DNA of 64,000 nucleotides from Escherichia coli (GTDB lineage Bacteria; Pseudomonadota; Gammaproteobacteria; Enterobacterales; Enterobacteriaceae): NCBI RefSeq assembly GCF_003991155.1, contig NZ_CP031293.1; one strand, 5' to 3'. Shown piece by piece: positions 34,058 to 47,930 of this stretch (position 1 is its first letter; each line of letters starts with the position of its first letter). The notes under the pieces were generated by a model. It saw only the letters and a program-made list of their open reading frames with translations, ran no database searches and was not told where the DNA came from. The position numbers and the translations under genes were made by a program.

Positions 34058-35050
34058 ATGAAACCTCATATGAAACGTGGCCTGACAAGAGTCGCGCTGG
34101 CACTGATGCTGGCTGGATACTGTGCCGTGCCAGCCGCTATGGCGGAAGATGCCGCCTGGGTAGCCAGTGGGACGACCGCTGAATTCGAAGGGACCATACC
34201 CTGGCTTTATCGCGAGGGTGGGAATGCCACGATTAACTCGGATGATGCGGATCACATCAAAGTAACGTCTGATGGTAAAGGTACTCGTCCTTCAGGTAGC
34301 GAGACGGATAAACGCCTTTACTCAGGAGATACCATCACGTTGGGGTGGGATATCGGCGATACCGAAGGGGATATCGACGATGGTCCAGACGGTATTGATG
34401 CGAAAACGACGGCGACTATCAAATGGTACAGCTACAGCGATAATGCGGGTGGCGGTAAAACGGAGCTGACCGCAGCGGCGGGCAAGACCAGTTATAAACT
34501 CACCAATGACGAACGTGGGCGTTATATCGGTGTTGAAATCCAGCCCATCACCCAGACCGGTAATCCCTTCCAGGGAACGTCGCTGACTCTGCTGGATATT
34601 TCTACGGCCAGCGGTGGCGGCAGCGATACGGATAATGTCGATCCTGGTCCAGTTGTAAACCAGAATCTGAAAGTGGCTATCTTTGAGAAAGGCACGAACA
34701 CCAACCTTATCGGTGGTAATACAGCCATTGCGCTTAACAAAACGTATGTGGCCAAACTGTACTCGGATGAAAACCAGAATGGTAAGTACGATGCGGGTAC
34801 GGATGTGGACGTTACCGCTAACTACGACTTTGCGTGGGTCTTTAACGGTAACAGTAAACAACTTGCGGCGGCGGGCGGTATTGCCAACGCCAGCTTCGAT
34901 AACAATGACATTGTTATTCCGCAAACTAACGAACAAGCAAGAACCAGCCTTAACGGTAGTGACCGTAATGGTAAGACCGGCCTTGCAATCCCGGCAAACG
35001 GCGACGGCGTTCAGGGCTATACGCTGTCTATCATTTACAAACACCACTAA
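34058..35050 (+). CDS. sinI: secreted SinI-like protein sharing the C-terminal module of the SinH-like passenger
   Basis: ATG 34058 with SD AAGGAG 7 nt upstream; signal peptide MKPHMKRGLTRVALALMLAGYCAVPAAMA; C-terminal ~120 aa (...NNDIVIPQTNEQARTSLNGSDRNGKTGLAIPANGDGVQGYTLSIIYKHH) aligns with the SinH-like C-terminus (...TNADIEIPATNKEAATKFSAQVTDGVQGYGLQVNYSKK). Confidence 0.7.
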   Translation: MKPHMKRGLTRVALALMLAGYCAVPAAMAEDAAWVASGTTAEFEGTIPWLYREGGNATINSDDADHIKVTSDGKGTRPSGSETDKRLYSGDTITLGWDIGDTEGDIDDGPDGIDAKTTATIKWYSYSDNAGGGKTELTAAAGKTSYKLTNDERGRYIGVEIQPITQTGNPFQGTSLTLLDISTASGGGSDTDNVDPGPVVNQNLKVAIFEKGTNTNLIGGNTAIALNKTYVAKLYSDENQNGKYDAGTDVDVTANYDFAWVFNGNSKQLAAAGGIANASFDNNDIVIPQTNEQARTSLNGSDRNGKTGLAIPANGDGVQGYTLSIIYKHH

Positions 35051-35057
35051 TGCGCAC

Positions 35058-35098
35058 AACAGCATTCCCGTATGGGAATGCTGTTTTCCGCCTGTTTT
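35058..35098 (+). terminator. strong hairpin with T-tract between the sinI-like and ratA-like genes (terminator or attenuator)
   Basis: AACAGCATTCCC-GTAT-GGGAATGCTGTT perfect 12-bp stem followed by TTCCGCCTGTTTT. Confidence 0.6.
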
Positions 35099-35159
35099 GC
35101 TTAGCGACGCGTTAAGCAAAACGGGTTGACGTTTTGTTTATCATGCTGGAGTTTTCTAC

Positions 35160-38100
35160 ATGTCGGTATGTCTGAAACCAGGAAAAATCATTGTGCTTCT
35201 GGGCATGTTGGCAGCCTTTATGCTGTCTGACTTTGCACGGGCAGGAGTGGAATGGCAGACATATCCTGGTTCTACAGGCGAGTTTAACGGTACAGTTCCT
35301 ATTGCCGATAGCGCTAGCGTACCCGTTTATCAGGGAAGCGTTCAGCTTGATCCTGCTGCATCTCATGATGTGGCGTTTTCTGCTAAACCGAATGAATTTA
35401 GCGTTGACGATGACGCTGCTAACCTGATAGTCGCTAATCCTCAGGACAGTGAAGGCGACCAGTTTTCCACACCACCTGCGCTGCGCTGGGAAAACCAGAC
35501 GCCGCCGACCGTCAGTCTGGTGTGGGCCGATGCCGCTACGCCGGATACGCCGCTCAACCCGCAGCCCATCGCCAACCGCAGCTTTTGTGCTCAAGGGCTG
35601 GCCGGGCGTTCGCTGGTGGCCTGGCCGCAGATAGATACACAGCAGACCATTCCACTGCTTTATCTGCTGACCTCGACCGGTTATCCCTATGAGGGGACGG
35701 TGGCGCTGGCTGACCAGAAAGTGACGCTGAATATCGCGCCCGCGCAGGGCGATTTAATCTCGGTGAGCGCCAGTGGTTATAACGAAACGATCGCGGCGGC
35801 AAAAACCACCGTTGGCGGGACTATCACGCTGACCGTCACCACCAAAGATTGTCAGGGTAACGTCGCGGGTAATATTCCGTTTATTATCAAGCGTAAAGAT
35901 GCCCAAAACCGTCAGGGCGCGGTGAATAATACCGCGCCGGTGGTGCTGGGGAGTACCGAGTTAACGACGACGGCAACCGAGTATCGTGGCACATCGGATG
36001 CCAACGGTACGGCAACCATCACGGTGACCCAACCTAACGGCCCCGGCGTCAAAACGCCGCTGGTGGCGAGTATTTCCGGCATTGCGCAAACCAGCGAAAC
36101 GGCGGTGATTTTTACCGTACTTACCAGCCCGGACGTGGCGCAGGCCACGATGTGGGGCCATATGGCGGAAACGGTTGAGGCACACGGCTACACGTTCAGC
36201 AGGCCAAAACTGGCGGCGGAAGTCAGCAATGAAAATGCCACGGTCGTCGATCACAACGAAACCTGGTCCACTTTCACCTGGAGCGGGGCAGACAGCCATT
36301 GCACCGTGCTGCCGGGCATGCGCCATTTCGGCGCACTGGCGACCGTTATTCCCACCACGGTACAGACTGTCCTTGGCTGGCCGATGCAGGATGATTATTA
36401 CTGGACATCGCTGGTGGGCACTACCGGGCAGCACCATGCAGCGGATGTCTCTAACCGTGCTGAAGCGCAAAAGCCGGATAGCACCACGTTTCTTGTAAGC
36501 TGCGTGGACAAACCCGCGCCTGACGTCGAACCGAAAATCGTCCTTACGCCAGAAAACTATGATGATACGGCACAGGCGATGAAAGCGAAGGTGGGTGAGG
36601 ACGCCACGATGCGTCTGACGATCACCGACAATAAAAACAACGATCAACCGCTGGCGTATTACTACTTCTCGCTGCATCTGGATGACGGCGTTAACCGCAA
36701 AAATCAAACCGATCCTGCCTGGGAAACCCATCCGGTACAGATTGCTGGTGGCTCGAATTTACAACAGGTTGATGCTCACACCTATGAAGGCATGACCGAT
36801 GTCAACGGTCAGGCTTCGCTAACCCTGAGCCAGCCCGGCGGCGCGGGCGTTAAAACCCATATCACGGCAAGAATGCGCAGCGATTTTAACGCCACAGATG
36901 CCAAAGATGTGATTTTTACCGTGATCACTAGCCCGGACAGCGACAAAGCGCGGATGTGGGGCCATATGCGCGGCATTATTGAGTCCGGCAGTCTGTATAA
37001 ACGCCCATTACTGGCGGATGAAACCGAGCATGAACTGGGATCGGTGCGGGAAAATAACGAAGACTGGGCGCTGTACGATCAAAACACCAGTATGCAGGCG
37101 GAATGCGGAGTGGGTCATATACCGCGCCAGAGCTCACTGGAAAGCCTGTTCTCCGCCCATCCCGGTAACGCGATTGGCACTGAGTATGGCTGGCCCACCG
37201 CACAACAGAGCTACCTAAGCGCGGTGGAGCAAGAAACGCATTCATCGGTGAATCTGGCGAACGGGAGCGTCGACAGCTACTCCGGCTTTAAGCAGAATTA
37301 TCTCTCCTGTTCGGGCAATGAGATGGTAGCGAAGGTTGAAGTGAGCACCGATCACGATGTCACCCCTGGCACCAAAGCGCAGGCCAAAGTGGGGGACACC
37401 ATCGTGATGACCGTGCGTACGATTAACGCGCTCAATAATACCCCCGTTCCCTTTACTGCCTTCACCATCACTAAAGGCATGGGGTATAACCGAGCGGGGC
37501 TGGTGAGCGGGTTTGATGACCCGAGCAGCGGCGCAATCACGATGAATGGCACGCAATACGGCACATCGCAGCCGTCGATGGTTTATACGGGTACGACAGA
37601 TGCACAAGGCGTGGCGACGGTAGAGATTGAGCAACCGCAGGGCGTCGGGCTAAGAACGGTGCTGGGCGTAACGCCGGTAAATTCCTACCTGCCGAATACC
37701 GTTAATTACAGCGTTATTTTCACCACCCCAACCAGCCCGGACGTTATTGGCGCGCAGATGTGGGGCCATATGGATGAAACGATTACTGTTGATTCATTAA
37801 CCTTTACCCGGCCTAAGCTGGCAGCAGAAATTGCCAGTCCGGATGGCACACTAACGGAAAAAAACGAAGTCTGGGCGCGCGTTAGCCAGGCCAGTACGGC
37901 CATTACCAGTAAAGGCGGTTGCGGAACCAATATGCTGCCGCGCCGCTCCCAGCTCAGTGCGCTCTATGACGCTAATAACGGTAATGCGGTGCAAACCACA
38001 CACGGCTGGCCGACGCAGCGTCAGCCCTACTGGAGCAGTTCCCCCGCGGATGTAACGCCGCACAATTACACCATTGCCCTGGATAACGGCGCACAAGCTA

Positions 38101-41100
38101 TCGGCGGCAATACGCCGGTTTACGTCAGTTGCCTGACGACGGCGAACAAGCCTGCCAGCAGCATTACGCTGGAGGTGGTTGATAAAGCGCAATGGAATGC
38201 CGGGAATAACGCGGCAACGCTGAAAAAAGGCGAAACGCTACAGGTTAAGGTGACGGTAAAAGATGCACAGGGCAACGCGTTAGCGGATATGCCATTTACC
38301 CTCAGTCGCGGTGATGGCTATACCCGTAGCGGCGAAAAACATATTGCCGGTAGCGGCGATGCGCTGGTGGCGCCGGTGGTGGTCAATGGCGGGCTGGCCG
38401 ATGAAACAACGTTGAATGACACCGCAACGGTGTATACCGCCATGACCGGCAGTGACGGCAGCAAAATCCTTAATATTACCCGCCCGGATACCCACGGCAC
38501 CAAAACGGCGCTGACGGCAACGCTTTACTCTGATGCGACGAAAAAATCCAGCATCGACACAATCTTTACGGTGGTCACCAGCCCGGATAGCAGCCAGGCG
38601 AAAATGTGGGGGCATATGCCGGAAACGGTGACGGCTGAGGACGGTACGGTCTTTAAACGCCCGCGGTTGATGAAGGAACTGGCCAGTCAGACTGGGCGAA
38701 CATCAACGCTTGAAGACAACGAAAACTGGGCGTTGTTTAACATTAATTATGCGAGTTCTTCCACGACGTATAGTGGCTGTGGAACCAACTATATTCCGAC
38801 TCAGGCCGGTCTGACGTCGCTGTTTGCTAATAATGCGGGCAACACCATGAAAACCGTGCAGGGCTGGCCGGTGGCAACGCGCTATTTGTCCAACACGTCC
38901 GACAATGGCAGCATGGAGCAGCGTAACTACAAGGCGGTCGATCTCAGCAATGGCACGAGTGCGGCAGTGTCATCAACGGCGCTGCAACTGCTGACCTGCC
39001 AGACCACGCCGGTAACCACGGTGAGCCAAATTCTGCTGGAAGCGGCAGATCCGGCGACGCTGGATACCACCTATAACGTGGTAAAAGCGAAAAAAGGCGA
39101 AGAATCCGTGGTGCGCGTCACCACCAAAGATGCGCAAGGCAACCTGGTGGGCAATACGGCATTTATCCTGACGCGTGCCAACAGCGTGAGTCGGGCTAAT
39201 GCATCAGCGACGATGAGCGTGGGCTCGTTGACGGTGACGGATGCCTGGGGCAATACGCGAAATAATTTCCAGTCGACAAGTGAAACCATTTACGGCGTGA
39301 CCGGTGCTGATGGGTCAACGACATTGACCCTGAAACAGGATAACAGTACCGGGTTAAGAACCGATCTCACGGCAAAACTGGATACGTCCAGCAGCGTCAA
39401 GGCAACGCTACCGGTGGTCTTTACCGTCGTGACCAGCCCGGATTCGCCAAAAGCGAATTTTTGGGGACATATGGCTGAAACGGTGGCGGCCTCCGATGGT
39501 TCAGTCTATAAACGCCCACTGTTGCTGGCAGAGCTGGCCAACACTGGCGGGCGACAAATCAGTTCAGAGAACGGGGAAAGCTGGGTACGATTCACCTGGA
39601 ATCAGTCGACAGATCCTTCTGTAAGCGGCTGCGGCGTTGCGTATATGCCAACGTTGGCAGGCCTGCAAGCGTTGTATGACGCTAATAGTGGTAATGCAAT
39701 GAGTACGGTACAGGGATGGCCGGTAAAAGCGACCTATCTCACCAATACCCCAAGTGACACGCAAACGGGGAGCCGTTACTACAATGTGGTGCAACTGGAC
39801 TCTGGCGCAGCCTCGCAAATCACGACGAACACGGGTGTACTGCAAACCTGCCGCACAACGCCGTTGACGGCTGCCAGCCAGATTACGCTGGAGGCCGCGG
39901 AGCCTGCGCAATTTGTCAGCATTGACAGCACGCTTAGCGCTGTCAAAGTGCAGAAAGGCGATAGCGTGCCGATCCGCATTTCGACTAAAGATGCGCAGGG
40001 AAATTTCGTCGGCAATACGCCGTTTGCCCTGAAACACGCGAACTCGATCAATCGTCAAAATGTGTCGTCATCGCAGAAAGTGTCGGTCACGACGGAGGCG
40101 GGTACGACGGTGGATACCAGTGCAACGACCACCCTGTATGGCGTAACCGGGCCAGACGGAACCACCACGATGACGCTCCGACAGGATGCGTCCACCGGGT
40201 TAAGAACCGACTTTTATGCCCTGTTGAACGATACCGGCGTGTCGTCGGACACCTTGCCGGTGATCTTTACCGTCATCACCAGCCCGGATACACCGCTGGC
40301 GGCCAACTGGGGCCATATGGCGGAAACCTTTACCAGCAGCGAAGGCGTTACCTTCAAGCGGCCTTTCCTCAAAGCCGAACTCTCTGGCGGTACGGCCATA
40401 ACGGTCAATAATGAAGTCTGGTCGCGCCTGACAGCGACTGAGAAAGCGGATGCCAGCAAGGCCGGGTGTGATGTGGCGTATCAACCGCTGGTGAATGACA
40501 TGCAGGGGTTGTATGCAGATTACCCTAACGGCCAGTTAGGATCGGTGCTCGGCTTGCCGACGTCTGCCGGGTATTGGTGGGCCTACGACATGATGATGGT
40601 TTCTGGCAACTGGTCTAATCAGGCATTTTCACCTGTTAATGGTCAGTTGATGCAGGCATCGTCCAGCTATACAGCGGTAGTGATGTGTCTGGTAAAACCA
40701 CATACGGAAGCGGCCACAATAACGCTCACCTCAACGGCGCAGGACGCAGCAAAATCAGCCAGCAATGGTGGTCGACCGAGCGCCGTAGCGAAGAAAGGCG
40801 AGACGATTCCGCTGACGGTAACCGTGCGTGATAGTACCGGGAATCCGGTGCCATACGCTGAGTTTACCCTCACGCGTGAAACGACGCTGGATCGCTCGAA
40901 AGCACCTGCTAACTCGAGTGCGGGCGACCTTTCCGTGACGGCATTGGTACCGGCAAATACAAATGGTGTGTTGACGACAAGTGGAGCAAAACTGATCGGC
41001 ACGACGGATAGCGATGGCAAAGCGACTTTTGAGGTGAGTCAGAATACGACGACCGGACTGGCGACGCCGTTAACCGTAACGCTGGCGCGTGATACGACGA

Positions 41101-43235
41101 AAGCCGCCACGCTGGATGTTATCTATACGGTGATTACCAGCCCGGACTCACCGAGTGCGAAATTCTGGGGGCACATGCCGGACACCTTTACCAGTTCGGC
41201 GGGCGTCACCTTCAAACGACCACTGCTGAAAGCCGAAACCAGCTCAGGCTCATCGATCAGCTCTAACGGCGAAGTTTGGTCATATATGAGCAACGCGCAA
41301 AATTTAACATCGACAGATTGCCCGCTTGAAAATCAACCGCGTAGTAATGAGCTGTTGGATTTGTATAGCGATCACCCGAACGGCACGCTAATGACCGACC
41401 TGGGGTTACCCGTATATGCAGGTAACTGGTGGGCCTATGATATGGTCATGCTGAGTGGAACGTCGTGGACTTATCAACTCATCAGCCTGAAAGACGGAAC
41501 CATTACGCAGAAGGGGACAACCAGTGCGTTGATGCTTTGCCTGGCACAGCCGCATCCGGCCGGCGTCAGCGTAACATTGACGTCATCCGCACAGGATGAC
41601 GCCAGAACCACCAGCAATGGCGGCCGTCCCAGCGCGTCAGCGAAAAAAGGTAACTCAATACCGATTGTGGTAACGGTAAAAGATCGTGATGGCAACCCGT
41701 TGGCGGGCGAAGCGGTGACGCTCAAACGTGATTCAGCGTTGAGCCGTTCAGGAACAATCGTGGGGACGCCAGCGAATGAAATAAAGTTAACGGAACTGAC
41801 GCCCGTGTCGGCGACATTCCCGCTGGTTTCAAATGGTACACAATGGCTTGGTTTCACCGGTAGCGATGGTACGGCGACATTCAATGTTGAACAGCCTGAT
41901 ACTGTCGGCCTGGCAATCCCCTTTAACGCCATCCTGGCCCGTGACACGGCAAAGGTATCTACTCTGGATCTGATTTTTACCGTCCTCACCAGCCCGGATG
42001 CCGCATTAGCAACTTACTGGGGCCATATGCCGGATACCGTCACGGCGGAAAACGGTGCTGTCTTTGAGCGCCCTAAACTGTGGAAAGAGCTGCCGTCGAC
42101 ATCCGGGGTAAGTCAGATAACGAATAGCAATGAAGCCTGGCCCGTGTTTAACCCAACGCAGAGAGCAGACAGCAGTTACAGCCCTTGTGAGGAAGCGCGC
42201 CGGCCATTGAGCGGTGATTTAGAGGCGCTCTATACACGTTATCCAGGAAACACGATTACCGCGCAAATTGGCTGGCCTACGCAGTATGCATGGTGGGCGG
42301 TGGATAACTGGGAAGGGGGCAGTAATCCGCAGGCCGTCAGCCTGGTAAATGGTTCGAGAGGCCAATATAATCCCGCTCATCAGGCCTGCCTGGTTAACCC
42401 GCGTGCGAGCGTTTCCAGCGTCACGCTGACATCAACGGCGCTGGATGACGCCACACAGGCGGCGACGGTGAAAAAAGGCGACGCCGCGCCCATTGTCGTT
42501 ACCGTAAAAGACAGCGCCGGGAAGCCGGTGCCGAATATCGCTTTTATCCTAAAACGCGGTGAGGCCGTGCCGCGTAACAGCGGGGCGACGCTGTATGGCG
42601 ATGTGGATGCGATGGACGATTTGACTGTGCAACCTTCATCCGGTGCGGCAGTCACGTTGGCTGACAGTGGAAATACCATCGACGGAGTCACGGGAGCGGA
42701 CGGTACGGCAAGCTTTACCGTTCGTCAGGATAATACGCCAGGATATAAAACGCCGTTGACGGTGACGCTGACGGATAACGCCACCATAACGGCGACGCTG
42801 GACACGATTTTCACCGTGCCGACCAGCCCGAATGTCGCTACGGCGTATTTCTGGGGTCATATGGCGGATACCGCCACGGTAAGCGGCAAGACGTTGCATC
42901 GCCCGCTATTAAAATCGGAGTTGCCGTCAGGCGCTACCGCAGCAGCCTCGCCTGATGTGAATAATGAAACCTGGGCGCTGGCGCATGTTATGGATTCCTC
43001 TAAATGGGATGTCGCGCAGCAGTGCGGCAGTATGAATAACGTGCCGAGCAGTGCCGAATTACAAACATTACACTCCGGCTTTAGCACATTGGGATGGCCG
43101 TCCTCGATAAGCTTCCCGTATTTATCTACTGATAAGGCTGGGTCGTTCTATTGTGGTGTTGATGAAGGCTCTGGCAGTCTCAACTGTGGCATTCAGCCTG
43201 CGAAAACGCCGGGGTTTGCAACCTGTTTCCAATAA
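35160..43235 (+). CDS. ratA: giant secreted Ig-like repeat protein (RatA/RatB-like), 2691 aa
   Basis: Uninterrupted 8076-nt ORF; SD TGGAG; signal peptide [28 protein letters not shown]; nine tandem ~280-aa units with Big-like segments (KKGE..V.VKDAQGN...) and a recurrent FTV(V/I)TSPD-x5-WGHM...FKRP.L module. Symbol assigned by synteny with Salmonella CS54; which paralogue it is is uncertain, and it is unrelated to the K-12 ribosome toxin RatA. Confidence 0.75.
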   Translation: MSVCLKPGKIIVLLGMLAAFMLSDFARAGVEWQTYPGSTGEFNGTVPIADSASVPVYQGSVQLDPAASHDVAFSAKPNEFSVDDDAANLIVANPQDSEGDQFSTPPALRWENQTPPTVSLVWADAATPDTPLNPQPIANRSFCAQGLAGRSLVAWPQIDTQQTIPLLYLLTSTGYPYEGTVALADQKVTLNIAPAQGDLISVSASGYNETIAAAKTTVGGTITLTVTTKDCQGNVAGNIPFIIKRKDAQNRQGAVNNTAPVVLGSTELTTTATEYRGTSDANGTATITVTQPNGPGVKTPLVASISGIAQTSETAVIFTVLTSPDVAQATMWGHMAETVEAHGYTFSRPKLAAEVSNENATVVDHNETWSTFTWSGADSHCTVLPGMRHFGALATVIPTTVQTVLGWPMQDDYYWTSLVGTTGQHHAADVSNRAEAQKPDSTTFLVSCVDKPAPDVEPKIVLTPENYDDTAQAMKAKVGEDATMRLTITDNKNNDQPLAYYYFSLHLDDGVNRKNQTDPAWETHPVQIAGGSNLQQVDAHTYEGMTDVNGQASLTLSQPGGAGVKTHITARMRSDFNATDAKDVIFTVITSPDSDKARMWGHMRGIIESGSLYKRPLLADETEHELGSVRENNEDWALYDQNTSMQAECGVGHIPRQSSLESLFSAHPGNAIGTEYGWPTAQQSYLSAVEQETHSSVNLANGSVDSYSGFKQNYLSCSGNEMVAKVEVSTDHDVTPGTKAQAKVGDTIVMTVRTINALNNTPVPFTAFTITKGMGYNRAGLVSGFDDPSSGAITMNGTQYGTSQPSMVYTGTTDAQGVATVEIEQPQGVGLRTVLGVTPVNSYLPNTVNYSVIFTTPTSPDVIGAQMWGHMDETITVDSLTFTRPKLAAEIASPDGTLTEKNEVWARVSQASTAITSKGGCGTNMLPRRSQLSALYDANNGNAVQTTHGWPTQRQPYWSSSPADVTPHNYTIALDNGAQAIGGNTPVYVSCLTTANKPASSITLEVVDKAQWNAGNNAATLKKGETLQVKVTVKDAQGNALADMPFTLSRGDGYTRSGEKHIAGSGDALVAPVVVNGGLADETTLNDTATVYTAMTGSDGSKILNITRPDTHGTKTALTATLYSDATKKSSIDTIFTVVTSPDSSQAKMWGHMPETVTAEDGTVFKRPRLMKELASQTGRTSTLEDNENWALFNINYASSSTTYSGCGTNYIPTQAGLTSLFANNAGNTMKTVQGWPVATRYLSNTSDNGSMEQRNYKAVDLSNGTSAAVSSTALQLLTCQTTPVTTVSQILLEAADPATLDTTYNVVKAKKGEESVVRVTTKDAQGNLVGNTAFILTRANSVSRANASATMSVGSLTVTDAWGNTRNNFQSTSETIYGVTGADGSTTLTLKQDNSTGLRTDLTAKLDTSSSVKATLPVVFTVVTSPDSPKANFWGHMAETVAASDGSVYKRPLLLAELANTGGRQISSENGESWVRFTWNQSTDPSVSGCGVAYMPTLAGLQALYDANSGNAMSTVQGWPVKATYLTNTPSDTQTGSRYYNVVQLDSGAASQITTNTGVLQTCRTTPLTAASQITLEAAEPAQFVSIDSTLSAVKVQKGDSVPIRISTKDAQGNFVGNTPFALKHANSINRQNVSSSQKVSVTTEAGTTVDTSATTTLYGVTGPDGTTTMTLRQDASTGLRTDFYALLNDTGVSSDTLPVIFTVITSPDTPLAANWGHMAETFTSSEGVTFKRPFLKAELSGGTAITVNNEVWSRLTATEKADASKAGCDVAYQPLVNDMQGLYADYPNGQLGSVLGLPTSAGYWWAYDMMMVSGNWSNQAFSPVNGQLMQASSSYTAVVMCLVKPHTEAATITLTSTAQDAAKSASNGGRPSAVAKKGETIPLTVTVRDSTGNPVPYAEFTLTRETTLDRSKAPANSSAGDLSVTALVPANTNGVLTTSGAKLIGTTDSDGKATFEVSQNTTTGLATPLTVTLARDTTKAATLDVIYTVITSPDSPSAKFWGHMPDTFTSSAGVTFKRPLLKAETSSGSSISSNGEVWSYMSNAQNLTSTDCPLENQPRSNELLDLYSDHPNGTLMTDLGLPVYAGNWWAYDMVMLSGTSWTYQLISLKDGTITQKGTTSALMLCLAQPHPAGVSVTLTSSAQDDARTTSNGGRPSASAKKGNSIPIVVTVKDRDGNPLAGEAVTLKRDSALSRSGTIVGTPANEIKLTELTPVSATFPLVSNGTQWLGFTGSDGTATFNVEQPDTVGLAIPFNAILARDTAKVSTLDLIFTVLTSPDAALATYWGHMPDTVTAENGAVFERPKLWKELPSTSGVSQITNSNEAWPVFNPTQRADSSYSPCEEARRPLSGDLEALYTRYPGNTITAQIGWPTQYAWWAVDNWEGGSNPQAVSLVNGSRGQYNPAHQACLVNPRASVSSVTLTSTALDDATQAATVKKGDAAPIVVTVKDSAGKPVPNIAFILKRGEAVPRNSGATLYGDVDAMDDLTVQPSSGAAVTLADSGNTIDGVTGADGTASFTVRQDNTPGYKTPLTVTLTDNATITATLDTIFTVPTSPNVATAYFWGHMADTATVSGKTLHRPLLKSELPSGATAAASPDVNNETWALAHVMDSSKWDVAQQCGSMNNVPSSAELQTLHSGFSTLGWPSSISFPYLSTDKAGSFYCGVDEGSGSLNCGIQPAKTPGFATCFQ
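35800..43235 (+). repeat. nine tandem coding repeats (period about 800-860 bp) within the ratA-like gene
   Basis: The TSPD-WGHM motif recurs near nt 36125, 36930, 37742, 38580, 39435, 40280, 41140, 41990 and 42823; Big-like domain starts near 35800, 36585, 37385, 38225, 39090, 39950, 40790, 41645 and 42470; copies are diverged (roughly 75% nt identity between the closest units by eye). Confidence 0.8.
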
Positions 43236-43267
43236 CCTTATCCACCTTGTCAATATGAGGTTCTGAA

Positions 43268-44686
<1,419 letters not shown>

Positions 44687-44767
44687 TTATTCAGTCGATA
44701 GTAACCCGCCCTCCGGGGATAGCAAGCATTTTTTGCAAAAAGGGGTAGATGCAATCGGTTACGCTCT

Positions 44768-44773
44768 GTATAA
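44768..44773 (+). promoter_or_regulatory. candidate guaB promoter -10 element
   Basis: Consensus TATAAT followed by the GC-rich discriminator GCCGCGG, about 45 bp upstream of the guaB ATG; A/T-rich upstream region consistent with an UP element. Confidence 0.5.
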
Positions 44774-44817
44774 TGCCGCGGCAATATTTATTAACCACTC
44801 TGGTCGAGATATTGCCC

Positions 44818-46284
44818 ATGCTACGTATCGCTAAAGAAGCTCTGACGTTTGACGACGTTCTCCTCGTTCCTGCTCATTCTACCGTTCTGCCGAATACTGC
44901 TGACCTCAGCACCCAGCTGACGAAAACTATTCGTCTGAATATCCCTATGCTTTCCGCAGCAATGGATACCGTAACGGAAGCGCGCCTGGCTATTGCTCTG
45001 GCTCAGGAAGGCGGTATCGGCTTTATCCACAAAAACATGTCCATTGAACGCCAGGCAGAAGAAGTTCGCCGTGTGAAAAAACACGAATCTGGCGTGGTAA
45101 CTGATCCGCAGACCGTGCTGCCGACAACCACCCTGCGTGAAGTGAAAGAACTGACCGAGCGTAACGGCTTTGCGGGCTACCCGGTGGTTACCGAAGAAAA
45201 CGAACTGGTCGGCATCATCACCGGTCGTGACGTGCGTTTTGTGACCGATCTGAATCAACCGGTTAGCGTTTACATGACGCCGAAAGAGCGTCTGGTAACC
45301 GTGCGTGAAGGCGAAGCCCGTGAAGTGGTGCTGGCAAAAATGCACGAAAAACGCGTTGAAAAGGCGCTGGTGGTTGATGACGAATTCCACCTGATCGGCA
45401 TGATCACCGTGAAAGACTTCCAGAAAGCGGAACGTAAACCGAACGCCTGTAAAGACGAGCAAGGCCGTCTGCGTGTTGGTGCAGCGGTTGGCGCTGGCGC
45501 TGGTAACGAAGAGCGTGTCGACGCGCTGGTTGCCGCAGGCGTTGACGTTCTGCTGATCGACTCCTCTCACGGTCACTCTGAAGGCGTTCTGCAGCGTATC
45601 CGTGAAACTCGTGCTAAATATCCGGATCTGCAAATCATCGGCGGCAACGTGGCAACAGCTGCGGGGGCACGCGCTCTGGCAGAAGCTGGTTGCAGCGCGG
45701 TTAAAGTCGGTATCGGCCCTGGCTCTATCTGTACGACGCGTATCGTGACTGGCGTAGGTGTTCCGCAGATCACCGCCGTTGCTGACGCAGTAGAAGCCCT
45801 GGAAGGCACCGGGATTCCGGTTATCGCTGACGGTGGTATTCGTTTCTCTGGCGATATCGCCAAAGCTATCGCTGCTGGTGCAAGCGCGGTGATGGTAGGT
45901 TCCATGCTGGCGGGTACTGAAGAATCCCCTGGTGAAATCGAGCTCTACCAGGGCCGTTCTTACAAGTCTTACCGTGGGATGGGCTCTCTGGGCGCGATGT
46001 CCAAAGGTTCTTCTGACCGTTACTTCCAGAGCGACAACGCTGCCGACAAACTGGTGCCGGAAGGTATCGAAGGTCGCGTGGCCTATAAAGGTCGCCTGAA
46101 AGAGATCATTCACCAGCAGATGGGCGGCCTGCGCTCCTGTATGGGCCTGACCGGCTGTGGTACTATCGACGAACTGCGTACTAAAGCGGAGTTTGTACGT
46201 ATCAGCGGTGCGGGCATTCAGGAAAGCCACGTTCACGACGTGACCATTACTAAAGAGTCCCCGAACTACCGTCTGGGCTCCTGA
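44818..46284 (+). CDS. guaB: IMP dehydrogenase GuaB
   Basis: 488 aa from ATG 44818 ([21 protein letters not shown]...); CBS pair; catalytic [11 protein letters not shown]. Confidence 0.97.
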
Positions 46285-46352
46285 TTCTCTTCGCCCGACT
46301 TCATGTCGGGCGATTTATATTATCTGTTTCACTTGCCTCGGAATAAGCGTCA

Positions 46353-47930
46353 ATGACGGAAAACATTCATAAGCATCGCATCCTCATTCTGGACTTCGGT
46401 TCTCAGTACACCCAACTGGTTGCGCGCCGCGTGCGTGAACTGGGTGTTTACTGCGAACTGTGGGCGTGGGATGTGACAGAAGCACAAATTCGTGACTTCA
46501 ATCCAAGCGGCATTATTCTTTCCGGCGGCCCGGAAAGCACCACCGAAGAAAACAGCCCGCGTGCGCCGCAGTATGTCTTTGAAGCAGGCGTACCGGTATT
46601 CGGCGTTTGCTATGGTATGCAGACCATGGCAATGCAGTTGGGTGGTCATGTTGAAGCCTCTAACGAACGTGAATTTGGCTATGCGCAGGTTGAAGTCGTA
46701 AACGACAGCGCACTGGTTCGCGGTATCGAAGATGCTCTGACAGCAGACGGTAAACCTCTGCTCGATGTCTGGATGAGCCACGGCGATAAAGTTACCGCTA
46801 TCCCGTCCGACTTCATCACCGTAGCCAGCACCGAAAGCTGCCCGTTTGCCATTATGGCTAACGAAGAAAAACGCTTCTATGGCGTACAGTTCCACCCGGA
46901 AGTGACTCACACCCGCCAGGGTATGCGCATGCTGGAGCGCTTTGTGCGAGATATCTGCCAGTGTGAAGCCCTGTGGACGCCGGCGAAAATTATCGACGAT
47001 GCTGTAGCCCGTATCCGTGAGCAGGTAGGCGACGATAAAGTGATCCTCGGCCTCTCTGGTGGCGTGGATTCCTCCGTGACTGCAATGCTGCTGCACCGCG
47101 CTATCGGTAAAAACCTGACTTGCGTATTCGTCGACAACGGCCTGCTGCGTCTCAACGAAGCAGAGCAGGTTCTGGATATGTTTGGCGATCACTTTGGTCT
47201 GAACATTGTTCACGTACCGGCAGAAGATCGCTTCCTGTCAGCGCTGGCTGGCGAAAACGATCCGGAAGCAAAACGTAAAATCATCGGTCGCGTTTTCGTT
47301 GAAGTATTCGATGAAGAAGCGCTGAAACTGGAAGACGTGAAGTGGCTGGCACAGGGTACTATCTACCCTGACGTTATCGAATCTGCTGCTTCTGCAACCG
47401 GTAAAGCACATGTCATCAAATCTCACCACAACGTGGGCGGCCTGCCGAAAGAGATGAAGATGGGCCTGGTTGAACCGCTGAAAGAGCTGTTCAAAGACGA
47501 AGTGCGTAAGATTGGTCTGGAGCTGGGCCTGCCGTACGACATGCTGTACCGTCACCCGTTCCCGGGACCAGGCCTTGGCGTTCGTGTTCTGGGTGAAGTG
47601 AAGAAAGAGTATTGTGACCTGCTGCGCCGTGCTGACGCCATCTTCATTGAAGAACTGCGTAAAGCGGACCTGTACGACAAAGTCAGCCAGGCGTTCACCG
47701 TCTTCCTGCCGGTACGTTCCGTTGGCGTAATGGGCGATGGTCGTAAGTATGACTGGGTTGTCTCTCTGCGTGCTGTCGAAACCATCGACTTTATGACCGC
47801 ACACTGGGCGCATCTGCCGTACGATTTCCTCGGTCGCGTTTCCAACCGCATTATCAATGAAGTGAACGGTATTTCCCGCGTGGTGTATGACATCAGCGGC
47901 AAGCCGCCAGCTACCATTGAGTGGGAATGA
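46353..47930 (+). CDS. guaA: GMP synthase (glutamine-hydrolysing) GuaA
   Basis: 525 aa; GATase catalytic Cys (GVCYGMQ) and ATP-PPase motif SGGVDSS. Confidence 0.97.

Noticed and set aside
34322..35119. 265-aa minus-strand ORF
   Set aside because: Antisense to the sinI-like gene.
35961..36731. 256-aa minus-strand ORF inside the ratA-like gene, with similar ones at 37242-37634, 39564-40058 and 41474-41989
   Set aside because: Antisense shadow ORFs within a long GC-rich gene; Arg/Pro-rich translations and no SD.
44821..46236. 471-aa ORF on the minus strand
   Set aside because: Entirely antisense to guaB, whose identity is unambiguous; a shadow ORF with no independent support.
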